DNA of 64,000 bases. Source: Heterodontus francisci. Its lineage: Eukaryota. The translations under genes were made by a program, and so were the position numbers. Positions 40,101-53,295 of the stretch are shown piece after piece. Below the pieces are notes generated by a model. It did no database searches. It was given only the letters and a program-made list of their open reading frames with translations, and was not told the origin of the DNA. The number at the start of each line of letters is the position of its first letter. The stretch's first letter is position 1. The DNA lies in the NCBI RefSeq assembly GCF_036365525.1, contig NC_090415.1:18290001-18354000 (forward strand), read 5' to 3'.

Positions 40101-40563
40101 TTTGCGAGGAGCAGCCTTGATAGAACGGGGTGCGGAGCGGACTTTCAGCTGAGCGGTCAATTTCAGTAAGTTACAAGTTAATCCCTTTTTTGTTTCGGAG
40201 GACCGGGGACTGCTGGGTAGGGGAAAACTATTTATTTGGGCAGTTTTAAAATCTCTGTCTTTTGCGAGGAGCAGCCTTGATAGAACGGGGTGCGGAGCGG
40301 ACTTTCAGCTGAGCGGTCAATTTCAGTAAGTTACAAGTTACTCCCTTTTTTGTTTCGGAGGACCGGGGACTGCTGGGTAGGGGAAAACTATTTATTTGGG
40401 CAGTTTTAAAATCTCTGTCTTTTGCGAGGAGCAGCCTTGATAGAACGGGGTGCGGAGCGGACTTTCAGCTGAGCGGTCAATTTCAGTAAGTTACAAGTTA
40501 ATCCCTTTTTTGTTTCGGAGGACCGGGGACTGCTGGGTAGGGGAAAACTATTTATTTGGGCAG
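40101..40563 (+). repeat. 160-bp monomers x ~2.9 in the CR1 5' UTR
   Basis: tttgcgaggagcagcc starts at 40101, 40261 and 40421. Confidence 0.97.
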
Positions 40564-40763
40564 TGGCAGTACCCGAGACACTACAGGTGTAGTGTCTCCC
40601 ACCCACCCTCCTCCTCTAACCAAAAAAAAAGGACTCTAGGGTGTTGATAAGGTAAGCTTTTTATTTAAAACTTCAGTCCGTCGGATTGCTAAGCGAACAA
40701 GTTTTGACTTTTTTTTTTCGTTTGGTTTTTCAGTAGATTTATTGGGAATCTAGAATAGTGGGA

Positions 40764-41693
40764 ATGGAGGTAAAGGCAGTTGTATGTTCCTCCTGCAGAA
40801 TGTGGGAGGTAGGGGTCGCCAAGAGTGTCCCTGCTGACTGCATCTGCGGGAAGTGCACCCAACTCCAGCTCCTCGCAGACCGCGTTAGGGAGCTGGAGCT
40901 GGATGAACTTCGGATCATTCGGGAGGCGGAGGGGATTATTGACAGGAGTTATAGGGAGGCAGTCACACCTCAGGTAAAAGAAGTAGGTAGATGGGTTACC
41001 GTCAGGGGAAGGAAAGGGAACCAGCAGGCAGTGCAGGGATCCCCTGTGGCCGTTTCCCTCAACAACAGGTATACCGTTTTGGATACTGTTGGGGGGGACG
41101 ACTTACCAGGGGTAAGCAATGGGGTGCAGGTCTCTGGCACAGAGTCTGTCCCTGTTGCTCAGAAGGGAAAAGGGAAGAGGAGCAGAGCATTAGTCATTGG
41201 GGACTCCATAGTTAGGGGAACAGATAGGAGGTTCTGTGGGAACGAGAGAGACTCACGGTTGGTGTGTTGCCTCCCAGGTGCCAGGGTACGTGATGTCTCC
41301 GATCGTGTTTTTGGGATCCTTAAGGGGGAGGGGGAGCACCCCCAAGTCGTGGTCCACATAGGCACCAACGACATAGGTAGGAAGAGAGATGGGGATTTAA
41401 GGCAGAAATTCAGGGAGCTAGGGTGGAAGCTTAGAGCGAGAACAACCAGAGTTGTTATCTCTGGGTTGTTGCCTGTGCCACGTGCTAGCGAAGAGAGGAA
41501 TAGGGAGAGAGAGGAGTTGAACACGTGGCTGCAGGGATGGTGTAGGAGGGAGGGTTTTGGTTTCCTGGATAATTGGGGCTCTTTCTGGGGTAGGTGGGAC
41601 CTCTACAAACAGGATGGTCTTCACCTGAACCAGAGGGGTACCAATATCCTGGGGGGGAGATTTGTTAGTGCTCTTCGGGGGGGTTTAAACTAA
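40764..41693 (+). CDS. CR1 ORF1p: Cys-rich finger, coiled coil, SGNH esterase
   Basis: CSSC...CICGKC, GDS, GTND and DGLH motifs. Confidence 0.93.
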   Translation: MEVKAVVCSSCRMWEVGVAKSVPADCICGKCTQLQLLADRVRELELDELRIIREAEGIIDRSYREAVTPQVKEVGRWVTVRGRKGNQQAVQGSPVAVSLNNRYTVLDTVGGDDLPGVSNGVQVSGTESVPVAQKGKGKRSRALVIGDSIVRGTDRRFCGNERDSRLVCCLPGARVRDVSDRVFGILKGEGEHPQVVVHIGTNDIGRKRDGDLRQKFRELGWKLRARTTRVVISGLLPVPRASEERNREREELNTWLQGWCRREGFGFLDNWGSFWGRWDLYKQDGLHLNQRGTNILGGRFVSALRGGLN

Positions 41694-44565
41694 ATCAGCA
41701 GGGGAATGGGAACCTAAATTGCAGTGCCAGTGTACAGGCTGTTGAGAGTAGTGAGGTAGGGGATAAGGTTACAGGGACACAAGAGGGCACTGGCAAGCAA
41801 GAACTTGGTTTAAAGTGTGTCTACTTCAACGCCAGGAGCATCCGGAATAAGGTGGGTGAGCTTGCAGCATGGGTTGGTACCTGGGATCCTGATGTTGTGG
41901 CCATTTCGGAGACATGGGTAGAGCAGGGGCAGGAATGGATGTTGCAGGTTCCGGGATTTAGATGTTTCAGAAAGAACAGAGAAGAGGGTAAAAGAGGGGG
42001 GGGGGTGGCATTGTTAATCAAGGAAAGTATTACAGCGGCAGAAAGGACGTTTGAGGACTCGTCTACTGAGGTAGTCTGGGCCGAGGTTAGAAACAGGAGA
42101 GGAGAGGTCACCCTGTTGGGAGTTTTCTATAGACCTCCGAATAGTTCCAGAGATGTAGAGGAAAGGATAGCGAAGATGATTCTCGACAGGAGCGAGTGTA
42201 ACAGGGTAGTGGTTATGGGGGACTTTAACTTTCCAAATATTGACTGGAAATACTATAGTTCGAGTACTTTAGATGGGTCTGTTTTTGTCCAGTGTGTGCA
42301 GGAGGGTTTTCTGACACAGTATGTGGACAGGCCAACCAGGGGCGATGCCACATTGGATTTGGTACTGGGTAATGAACCCGGCCAGGTGTTTGATTTAGAT
42401 GTAGGTGAGCACTTTGGCGATAGTGATCACAATTCGGTTAGGTTTACCTTAGCGATGGGCAGGGACAGGTATATACCGCAGGGCAAGAATTATAGCTGGG
42501 GGAAAGGAAATTATGACGCGATTAGGCAAGATTTAGGATGTGTAGGATGGGGAAGGAAACTGCAGGGGATGGGCACAAACGAAATGTGGAGCTTATTCAA
42601 GGAGCAGCTAATGCGTGTCCTTGATAAGTATGTACCTGTCAGGCAGGGAGGAAGTTGTCGAGCAAGGGAGCCGTGGTTTACTCAAGAAGTTGAAGCGCTT
42701 GTCAAGAGGAAGAGGGCGGCTTATGTTAGGATGAGACGTGAAGGCTCAGTTAGGGCGCTTGAGAGTTACAAGCTAGCCAGGAAGGATCTAAAGGGAGGGC
42801 TAAGAAGAGCAAGAAGAGGACACGAGAAGTCATTGGCGGATAGGATCAAAGAAAACCCTAAGGCTTTCTATAGGTATATCAGGAATAAACGAATGATAAG
42901 AGTTAGAACAGGGCCAATCAAGGATAGTAGTGGGAAGTTGTGTGCGGAATCGGAGGAGATAGGGGAAGCGTTAAATGAATATTTTTCGTCAGTATTTACA
43001 GTAGAGAAAGAAAATGTTGCCGAGGAGATTACTGAGATACAGCCTACTAGGCTAGATGGGATTGAGATTCACAAGGAGGAGGTGTTAGCAATTTTGGAAA
43101 GAGTGAAAATAGATAAGTCCCCTGGGCCAGATGGGATTTATCCTAGGATTCTCTGGGAAGCCAGGGAGGAGATTGCAGAGCCGTTGTTGTTGATCTTTAA
43201 GTCGTCATTGTCGACAGGAGTAGTGCCGGAGGACTGGAGGATAGCAAATGTTGTCCCCTTGTTCAAGAAGGGGAGTAGAGACAGCCCTGGTAATTATAGA
43301 CCTGTGAGCCTTACTTCGGTTGTGGGTAAAATGTTGGAAAAGGTTATAAGAGACAGGATTTATAATCATCTTGAAAAGAATAAGTTCATTTGCGATAGTC
43401 AGCACGGTTTTGTGAAAGGTAGGTCGTGCCTCACAAACCTTATTGAGTTTTTCGAGAAGGTGACCAAACAGGTGGATGAGGGTAAAGCCGTGGATGTGGT
43501 GTATATGGATTTCAGTAAGGCGTTTGATAAGGTTCCCCACGGTAGGCTATTGCAGAAAATACGCAAGTATGGGGTTGAAGGTGATTTAGAGCTTTGGATC
43601 AGAAATTGGCTAGCTGGAAGAAGACAGAGGGTGGTGGTTGATGGCAAATGTTCATCCTGGAGTTTAGTTACTAGTGGTGTACCGCAAGGTTCTGTTTTGG
43701 GGCCACTGCTGTTTGTCATTTTTATAAACGACCTGGATGAGGGTGTAGAAGGGTGGGTTAGTAAATTTGCGGATGACACGAAGGTCGGTGGAGTTGTGGA
43801 TAGTGTTGTAGGGTACAGAGGGACATAGATAGGCTGCAGAGCTGGGCTGAGAGATGGCAAATGGAGTTTAATGCGGAGAAGTGTGAGGTGATTCACTTTG
43901 GAAGGAGTAACAGCAATGCAGAGTACTGGGCTAATGGGAAGATTCTTGGTAGTGTAGATGAGCAGAGAGATCTTGGTATCCAGGTACATAAATCCCTGAA
44001 AGTTGCTACCCAGGTTAATAGGGCTGTTAAGAAGGCATATGGTGTGTTAGCCTTTATTAGTAGGGGGATCGAGTTTCAGAGCCACGGGGTCATGATGCAG
44101 CTGTACAAAACTCTGGTGAGGCCGCACCTGGAGTATTGCGTGCAGTTCTGGTCACCGCATTATAGGAAGGATGTCGAAGCTTTGGAAAGGGTGCAGAGGA
44201 GATTTACTAGGATGTTGCCTGGTATGGAAGGAAGGTCTTACGAGGAAAGGCTGAGGGACTTGGGGTTGTTTTCGTTAGAGAGAAGGAGGAGGAGAGGTGA
44301 CTTAATAGAGACATACAAGATAATCAGAGGGTTAGATAGGGTGGATAGTGAGAGTCTTTTTCCTCGGATGAGGATGGCAAACACGAGGGGACATAGCTTT
44401 AAGTTGAGGGGTGAAAGATATAGGACAGATGTCAGAGGTAGTTTCTTTACGCAGAGAGTAGTAGGGGCGTGGAACGCCCTGCCTGCAACAGTAGTAGACT
44501 CGCCAACTTTAAGGGCATTTAAGTGGTCATTGGATAGACATATGGATGTAAATGGAATAGTGTAG
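41684..44565 (+). pseudogene. CR1 ORF2 (APE endonuclease + RT) with one 10-bp frameshifting deletion at ~43805
   Basis: Frame open from the ORF1 overlap ([10 protein letters not shown]); lacks ccgaagtatg present in the sister copy at 46302-46311. Confidence 0.92.
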
Positions 44566-47500
44566 GTCAGATGATCGGCGCAACATCGAGGGCCGAAGGG
44601 CCTGTACTGCGCTGTAATATTCTAATTCTAATTCTAATTCTAGTTCCAGAGATGTAGAGGAAAGGATAGCGAAGATGATTCTCGACAGGGGCGAGAGTAA
44701 CAGGGTAGTTGTTATGGGGGACTTTAACTTTCCAAATATTGACTGGAAATACTATAGTTCGAGTACTTTAGATGGGTCAGTTTTTGTCCAGTGTGTGCAG
44801 GAGGGTTTTCTGACACAGTATGCAGACAGGCCAACCAGGGGTGATGCCACATTGGATTTGGTACTGGGTAATGAACCCGGCCAGGTGTTAGATTTAGATG
44901 TAGGTGAGCACTTTGGTGATAGTGATCACAATTCGGTTAGGTTTACCTTAGCGATGGGCAGGGACAGGTATATACCGCAGGGCAAGAATTATAGCTGGGG
45001 GAAAGGAAATTATGATGCGATTAGGCAAGATTTAGGATGCGTAGGATGGGGAAGGAAACTGCAGGGGATGGGAACAATCGAAATGTGGAGCTTATTCAAG
45101 GAGCAGCTACTGCGTGTCCTTGATAAGTATGTACCTGTCAGGCTGGGAGGAAGTTGTCGAGCGAGGGAGCTGTGGTTTACTAAAGAAGTTGAAGCGCTTG
45201 TCAAGAGGAAGAAGGCTTATGTTAGGATGAGACGTGAAGGCTCAGTTAGGGCGCTTGAGAGTTACAAGCAAGCCAGGAAGGATCTAAAGGGAGAGCTAAG
45301 AAGAGCGAGGAGAGGACACGAGAAGTCATTGGCGGATAGGATCAGGGAAAACCCTAAGGCTTTCTATAGGTATATCAGGAATAAAAGAATGACTAGAGTT
45401 AGATTAGGGCCAATCAAGGATAGTAGTGGGAAGTTGTGTGTGGAATCAGAGGAGATAGGGGAAGCGTTAAATGAATATTTTTCGTCAGTATTTACAGTAG
45501 AGAAAGAAAATATTGTCGAGGAGAATACTGAGATTCAGACTACTAGGCTCGATGGGATTGAGGTTCACAAGGAGGAGGTGTTAGCAATTTTGGAAAGTGT
45601 GAAAATAGATAAGTCCCCTGGGCCAGATGGGATTTATCCTAGGCTTCTCTGGGAAGCTAGGGAGGAGATTGCAGAGCCTTTGTCCTTGATCTTTATGTCG
45701 TCATTGTCGACAGGAATAGTGCCGGAAGACTGGAGGATAGCAAATGTTGTCCCCTTGTTCAAGAAGGGGAGTAGAGACAGCCCTGGTAATTATAGACCTG
45801 TGAGCCTTACTTCGGTTGTGGGTAAAATGTTGGAAAAGGTTATGAGAGACAGGATTTATAATCATCTTGAAAAGAATAAGTTCATTTGCGATAGTCAGCA
45901 CGGTTTTGTGAAGGGTAGGTCGTGCCTCACAAACCTTATTGAGTTTTTCGAGAAGGTGACCAAACAGGTGGATGAGGGTAAAGCAGTGGATGTGGTGTAT
46001 ATGGATTTCAGTAAGGCATTTGATAAGGTTCCCCACGGTAGGCTATTGCAGAAAATACGGAAGTATGGGGTTGAAGGTGATTTAGAGCTTTGGATCAGAA
46101 ATTGGCTAGCTGAAAGAAGACAGAGTGTGGTGGTTAATGGCAAATGTTCATCCTGGAGTTTAGTTACTAGTGGTGTACCGCAAGGATCTGTTTTGGGGCC
46201 ACTGCTGTTTGTCATTTTTATAAATGACCTGGAAGAGGGTGTAGAAGGGTGGGTTAGTAAATTTGCAGATGACACTAAGGTCGGTGGAGTTGTGGATAGT
46301 GCCGAAGTATGTTGTCGGGTACAGAGGGACATAGATAGGCTGCAGAGCCGGGCTGAGAGATGGCAAATGGAGTTTAATGCAGAACAGTGTGAGGTGATTC
46401 ACTTTGGAAGGAGGAACAGGAATGCAGAGTACTGGGCTAATGGGAAGATTCTTGGTAGTGTAGATGAACAGAGAGATCTTGGTGTCCGGGTACATAAATC
46501 CCTGAAAGTTGCTCCCCAGGTTAATAGGGCTGTTAAGAAGGCATATGGTGTGTTAGCTTTTATTAGTAGGGGGATCGAGTTTCGGAGCCACGAGGTCATG
46601 CTGCAGCTGTACAAAACTCTGGTGAGACCGCACCTGGAGTATTGCGTGCAGTTCTGGTCACCGCAATATAGGAAGGATGTGGAAGCTTTGGAAAGGGTGC
46701 AGAGGAGATTTACTCGGATGTTGCCTGGTATGGAGGAAAGGTCTTACGAGGAAAGGCTGAGGGACTTGAGGTTGTTTTCGTTGGAGAGAAGGAGGAGGAG
46801 AGGTTACTTAATAGAGACATATAAGATAATCAGAGGGTGAGAGAGGGTGGATAGTGAGAGTCTTTTTCCTCGGATGGTGATGGCAAACACGAGGGGACAT
46901 AGCTTTAAGTTGAAGGGTGATAGATATAGGACAGATGTTAGAGGTAGTTTCTTTACTCAGAGAGTAGTAGGGGCGTGGAACGCCCTGCCTGCAACAGTAG
47001 TAAATGCCCTTAAAGTTGGTGAGTCTAAGTGGTCATTGGATAGACATATGGATGAAAATGAAATAGTGTAGGTCAGATGGTTTCACAGGTCGGCGCAACA
47101 TCGAGGGCCGAAGGGCCTGTACTGCGCTGTAATGTTCTTTAAAAAAAAACAAGCCCAGATTTTCCAGCCAAACCTTGTAACTAAAGTCCTGCATCCCTGA
47201 AACCATTCTGGTAAATCTCCTCTGCACCCTCTCAAGGACCCTCCCATCCATGCTGAGGTATGGTGACCAGAACGGGACCAGAGCTTTGTAAAGGTTCAGC
47301 ATAACTTCCCTGCCTTTGTACTCAATGCCGCTGTTTTTAAAGCCCAAGATCCCATATGTTTTACTGACTACTCTCTCAATACCTCCTGCCACCTACAATG
47401 ACCTTTGCACTTGCACCCTCAGGACCCTCTATTCCTGCAAACTCTTTAGAACTGGGCCAATAATTATATATTGCCTCTCCCTATTCCTTCTGCCAAAATG

Positions 47501-48269
47501 CATCATCTCACACTTGTCAGTATTAAATTCCATCTGCCACCTCTCTGCCCATTCTACTAGCCTGTCTATGTGCTGTTGCAGGCGGTTTATATCATCCTCG
47601 CTGTTTGCCTCACCTCCATGTTTGGTGCCGTCAACAAATTTGGAAATAGACTCTGTTCAGCCTGAGCTACAAATTAAATATAAGATAGATCTGACACATG
47701 TACCCGATTGAAAGGTGCAGAATTCATCCCAGAAAAGGTGCACGAGGACTCAAATTTAAAAACAACCCACTTAACCTGCTCTATCAGTTTAAACAATATT
47801 CATCCCAATAGTGTAACCTCACACCCAGCTTAGATGCAAGTTCAAAATTCTCTGCAGTATCAGATTGAGTGATGCTGTAAAATAAAGAAACCCCGAGGGA
47901 CAACTTTGATCACAGTTCAGCATTCATCCACATTAAGCAGTTGCAAGATGCATTATCAATTGTTTTCAGCCCAGAGCTACACATCACATCCCATTTCAAA
48001 CTGAAAGATACATTGTCAATTCCATCACTGTAGATTGAGCTCCAGGATACAAGCCAGTCTAAAAACCTCATGCACTATCATTAGTGCTGTAAAGGTTGGG
48101 TTAAAATGATGTATCACTGATGTGTTTACAGGGAGACTGAGTCAATAGTAGTTATAACACTCTCATATTTGTTAAATAACATCTACAGAATCAAACCCAG
48201 TGTTGTCATAATTTAAATTAAATGTGATGTAAATACCTACTGAGGTATTAATGTTAAATATATTATTTG

Positions 48270-49830
48270 AGAGACCAGAAGTGAGATGCAAATGAAATAC
48301 ATCTGACAAATGAACTGCAGATGCACAAACATACAAGAGACTGACAGATACAGACTAAATCTCACACTCTCCTCCAGTACCACAAACAGAATGAATCACA
48401 TGCTTACACACAGTAGCAGGGAATGTCAGACCCCTCAAACAGTACCACAGACTGATAGGTACAGACAGAATGCCACACTCACACACTACTGACATAGACA
48501 AAATGAACCACACATTCACATACAGTGCCAGAGACTGAAAAATACAGAATTAATCCCACTTATACACAGTACCAGATTCTGACAGAGAATGAATTTCTCT
48601 CTCTCTCACACAGAAAACACACACACATTCAGATCCAGTACCAGAGACTGACAGATAAACTACATAGACTGACAAATACTGAATGAATCCCACATGCAGA
48701 GACAGATGCAGAAAGAATCCCACACTCTCATGGAGTGATGAACACTGAGAATGAATCCAAAACACACACACTTTCCCATGGACAGACAGATACAGGGAGA
48801 ATTCGACACGCACAGTAGCAGAGACTGATATAAATATAAAATACATCCCATGCTCACATACTGCAACAGAGACTGACAGTAACAATATTAATCCCACACA
48901 TGAAAAAATAGCAGAGACTGACAGATGCAGGTAAAATACAAAAACACACACAGAACCAGACAGTGTGTGATACAGAATTAATCTCTCATTCATATTGAAT
49001 CAGAGTGTCAGAGGCAGAATGAATCTCACACTAACAAACTGCACCAGGGACTGAGAGATCCAGAATCAATTTCTCTCACACAAAGATACAATAGCAGAGA
49101 CAGTCAGATACAGAATGAATCCGGATTCCCATAGAGTGGCAGATACAGACTGAAACACTCACTAACATACGATAGCAGAGCAGAGTGAATACAGAATAAA
49201 TTCCACACACAAGGACAACAGAGAGAGAAAGAGAGAAAGATCCAGAACTAATTTCACACTTACACGAACAGATTATGACAGCGATAGACTTAGACCCAAA
49301 CCACATACTGTACGAGAGAGTGACAGCTAGAGAATTAATTCCACAGTCACACACAGTAACAGACACTGACAGATACTGAACTAATCCCACACTCACACAC
49401 AGTAACAGACAATGATTGATACAGAATTAATCCCACACTCACACACAGTAACAGACACTGACAGATACAGAATTAATCCCAAACTCTCACACACAGTAAC
49501 AGACAGTGACAATACAGAATTAATCCGACACTCACACAGTAACAGACACTGACAGATACAGAATTAATCCCACAGTCACAGACACTGACAGATACAGAAT
49601 TAATCCCAAACTCTCACACACAGTAACAGACAGTGACAATACAGAATTAATCCGACACTCACACACAGTAACAGACACTGACAGATACAGAATTAATCCC
49701 ACAGTCACAGACACTGACAGATACTGAATTAATCCCACACTCACACAGTAACAGACACTGACAGATACTGAATTAATCCCACACTCTCACACAGTAACAG
49801 ACACTGAAAGTAACAGAATTAATCCCACAC
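48270..49830 (+). repeat. Minisatellite field at palindrome centre; homogeneous 32-42 bp units at 49330-49830
   Basis: acagtaacagacactgacagatacagaattaatccc repeated. Confidence 0.9.
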
Positions 49831-50429
49831 AATATATTTGCTTGACATTTAAATGAAATGATGGCAACACAGTGTTTGATGCTTGTTGGTTTTATTTAAC
49901 TATTATGAGAGTCTTTTTAACTACTATTGTCTCAGTCTCCCTATAAACACAAGAGAGATACATAATATTAGTCCAGCCTTTACAGCACTAATAATAGTGC
50001 ATGAGGTCTTTGGACTGGCTTGTATTCTGGAGCTCAATCTACAGTGATGGAATTGACACTGTATCTTTCAGTTTGAAATGGGATGTAATGTGTAGCTCTG
50101 GGCTGAAAACAATTGATACTGCATCTTGCAGCTGTATAATGTGGATGAATGCTGAACTGTGATCAAAGTTGTCCCTCGGGGTTTCACTATTTTACAGCAT
50201 CACTCAATCTGATACTGCACAGAATTTTGAACTTGCATCGAAGCTGGGTGTGAGGTTACACTATTGGGATGAATATTGTTTAAACTCATACTGTAGGTTA
50301 AGTGGGTGACATTTTAATTTGTGTCCTGGAGCATCTTCCTGGTATGAATTCAACACCTTTCAATCGAGTACAGTGTGTCAGATCTGTCTAATATTTAATT
50401 TGTAGCTCAGCCTGCACAGAGTCTATTTC

Positions 50430-51345
50430 CAAATTTGTTGGCAACACCAAACATGGAGGTGAGGCAAACAGTGAGGATGATATGAACCGTCTGCAACAGA
50501 ACATAGATAGGCAAGTAGAATGGGCAGAGAGGTGGCAGATGGAATTTAATACTGACAAGTGTGAGGTGATGTATTTTGGCAGAAGGAATAGGGAGAGGCA
50601 ATATATAATTCTTGGCACAGTTCTAAAGAATTTGCAATAACAGAGGGTCCTGAGGGTGCAAGTGCAGAGATCATTGTCGCTGACAGGACATATTGAGAGA
50701 GTGGTTAGTAAAGCATATGGGATCTTGGGCTTCATAAACAGAGGCATTGAGTACAAAGGCAGGGAGGTTATACTGAACCTTTTTAAAGCTCTGGTTAGAC
50801 CCCCAACTGGAGTACTGTGTCCAGTTCTGGTCACCATACCTCAGCATGGATGGGAGGGTCCTTGAGAGGGTGCAGAGGGAGATTTACCAGAATGGTTTCA
50901 GGGATGGAGGATTTTAGTTACAATGTTAGGTTGGAAAAGCTCGGCTTGTTCTCCGCAGAACAAAGGAGATTGAGGGGAGATTTAACTGAAGTGTACAAGA
51001 TTTTCACAGGCAAGCTGGAAAGGGAAAAACTCTTGCCATTAACAAATGGTACAAGGACTAGGTTACACAGATTGAATGAATGTTTTTGACCAGAGATTCA
51101 GGGGGAATATGAGGAAACACTGTTTTACACAGGGGGTGGTAATGACCTGGAACTCCCTGTCCTCAAGGGAGGTGGAAGTGGAGACAATCACTGACTTCAG
51201 TAGGATGTTGGATGGTCACCTGAGAGAAATAGACTTGCAGGGCTATGGGGATCGAGCCGGGGAGTGGGACTGACTGTATTGCTTTGTGGAGGGTAAACAT
51301 GGAGTCAATTGGCCGAATAGCCTCCTCTGGGCTGTAAATGACTCT
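50430..51345 (+). mobile_element. Decayed CR1 3' fragment (uninterrupted mirror)
   Basis: KAYGILGFINRGIEYK and RRLRGDL fragments. Confidence 0.88.
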
Positions 51346-51577
51346 CTGATTCTGTTTAAATCTGATAGTTGACCTGGGATTCATGTCTCGACCTCTCAGC
51401 AGCACGGAATTGGGTTGAACTGGATACAATGTCTGTCTCTTCTGCCCTGTTTACCTTGTTGGGATTGAAAATGTGTGTCTGGATCTTGGGATCAGTGCGA
51501 GACTGATTCCTTCTGGTGTCCCTGACAGTGGAACTGGTGAGCTGTCTGTACCTTTACACTATTGGAATGATCACGTA

Positions 51578-51671
51578 CCTACTGTGTGTTAGAAGGAGCT
51601 GGGCTGCACGGTTCCTTGGTCCTGGGAAACATCACATCTATTCCGGTTCTTGCACAAAGGAGAAGTGTTCC
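51578..51671 (-). other. Conserved downstream exon, copy 4
   Basis: Reverse complement of 38711-38803; acceptor altered (ttgcaag). Confidence 0.45.
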
Positions 51672-52527
51672 TTGCAAGACAAGAACAGGTGAGGGTTAGA
51701 ACTTTACAGTTTCATCATTGTCATTTCCACAGTGGGAACCCGGTGATACAAAGTGTCAGTGTTGGACAGCACTGCAGCACAGTTTTGTTCCCCCTTACCC
51801 TGACCACAGCACAAGAACATAAGAACTAGGAACAGGAGTAGGCCATTCAGCCCTTTGAGCCCTCTCCACCATTCAATGAGATCATGGTTGGTCTGCTTCA
51901 ACACCTGTAACCCTTGATGTTTTTAATATATAGAAATGTACCGATCCCCATCTTCAACATACTCAATGACTGAGCATCCACAGCCCTCTGGGGTAGAGAA
52001 TTCCAAAGATTCACCAGCCTCTGAGTGTAAGAAATTCCTCCTCATCTCAGTCCTAAATGTCCTGCTCCTTATTCTGAGACTGTGTCCCCTGGTTCTAGAT
52101 CCCCAGTCCGGGGAAACATCCTTCCTGCATCTACCCTATCGAGCCCTGTAAGAATTTTGTATGTTTGAATGAGATCACCTCTCATTCTTCTAAACTCCAG
52201 AGAATAAAGGCCCAGTCTGTTTAATATTTCCTCATAAGGTAATCCCTTCATCCCAGGAATTAGTTTGGTGAACCTTCATTGCACTCCCTCTATGACAAGT
52301 ATATCATTTTTATAGGTGAGACCAAAACTGCACACAATACTCCAGGTACAGTCTCAACAAGGCTCTATTTCATTGCAGCAAGACATCTTTACTCCTATAC
52401 TCATCCTCTTGCAATGAAGACCAACACACCATTTACCTTGTTAATTGCTTGCTGTACCTGCAAGTTACCTTCAGTGAAAGGAAAGATTGATTGATTGGAA
52501 AAATGACAGATCAGATAGCAGGCTTTC

Positions 52528-52890
52528 CTAGTGCTGTCTGATCATTAGTCTACAGTACTGCAGATTCCCAGTGCTGTTTGATTGTTCATGTACAGTACTG
52601 CAGATTCCCGGTGCTGTCTGATCATTAGTCTGCAGTACTGCAGATTCCCGGTGCTGTCTGATCATTAGTCTACAGTACTGCAGATTCCCGGTGCTGTCTG
52701 ATCATTAGTCTACAGTACTGCAGATTCCCGGTGCTGTCTGATCATTAGTCTACAGTACTGCAGATTCCCGGTGCTGTCTGATCATTAGTCTACAGTACTG
52801 CAGATTCCCGGTGCTGCCTGATCACTGGTCTACAGTACTGCAGATTCCCAGTGCTGTCTGATCATTAGTCTACAGTACTGCAGATCTACA
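52528..52890 (+). repeat. 40-bp tandem array (~9 copies)
   Basis: gtgctgtctgatcattagtctacagtactgcagattcccg. Confidence 0.95.
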
Positions 52891-53295
52891 ATACTGTTTG
52901 ATTGAAGACTTCTGGTTGATCAGCATACACATAATGGCCAGCACCTCAAATAGCCTACAAAACAAAACAAAACATATATGTTAATGTTGACAAAGTATGT
53001 TGAACAATTTCTCGCATTAACATTTAATACAATTTTACATAAAGCTTCCTGTCACGTTTTTTTCAAATAAAAATATTCTTACCCCAGATTATTTGATGTC
53101 ATGGGTGAATCTCAACCCTCCAAAGCTTTCAGAGTGTCCATCTATCCTTTGAGATCTTTGTACGTTTTTGTAGTACTGCCAGATAAACAATCAGCAAGTG
53201 CTGCTTGTTCATTTCTTTTACACACTGGACTGCCCTGTTCCTCAAAAAATTACAGTTCAGTCTTAGAGATAAAACATCCCAGAAACCCTGATGTT

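Larger units (their letters stand above)
40101..44640 (+). mobile_element. Full-length CR1 LINE
   Basis: 5' monomers, ORF1, ORF2, (AATTCT)n tail. Confidence 0.96.
39418..47147 (+). mobile_element. 5'-truncated CR1 (39418-40100 + 44641-47147) interrupted by a sister element
   Basis: ORF1 3' end and endonuclease start break at ctatagacct and resume at tagttccag; 721 aa ORF 44675-46840. Confidence 0.95.
39030..47655 (-). mobile_element. Old CR1 fragment split by insertion (39030-39417 and 47148-47655)
   Basis: Halves join as in the uninterrupted mirror copy at 50430-51345. Confidence 0.88.
32395..48100 (+). repeat. Left arm of large imperfect palindrome (right arm 49973-~63390)
   Basis: Mirror ORFs 47316+/50388-, 38107+/52069-, 37329+/58289-, 36866+/58951-. 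Confidence 0.92.

Noticed and set aside
43399-43989. Antisense ORFs within CR1 RT regions
   Set aside because: Common by-product of CR1 codon composition; no independent evidence
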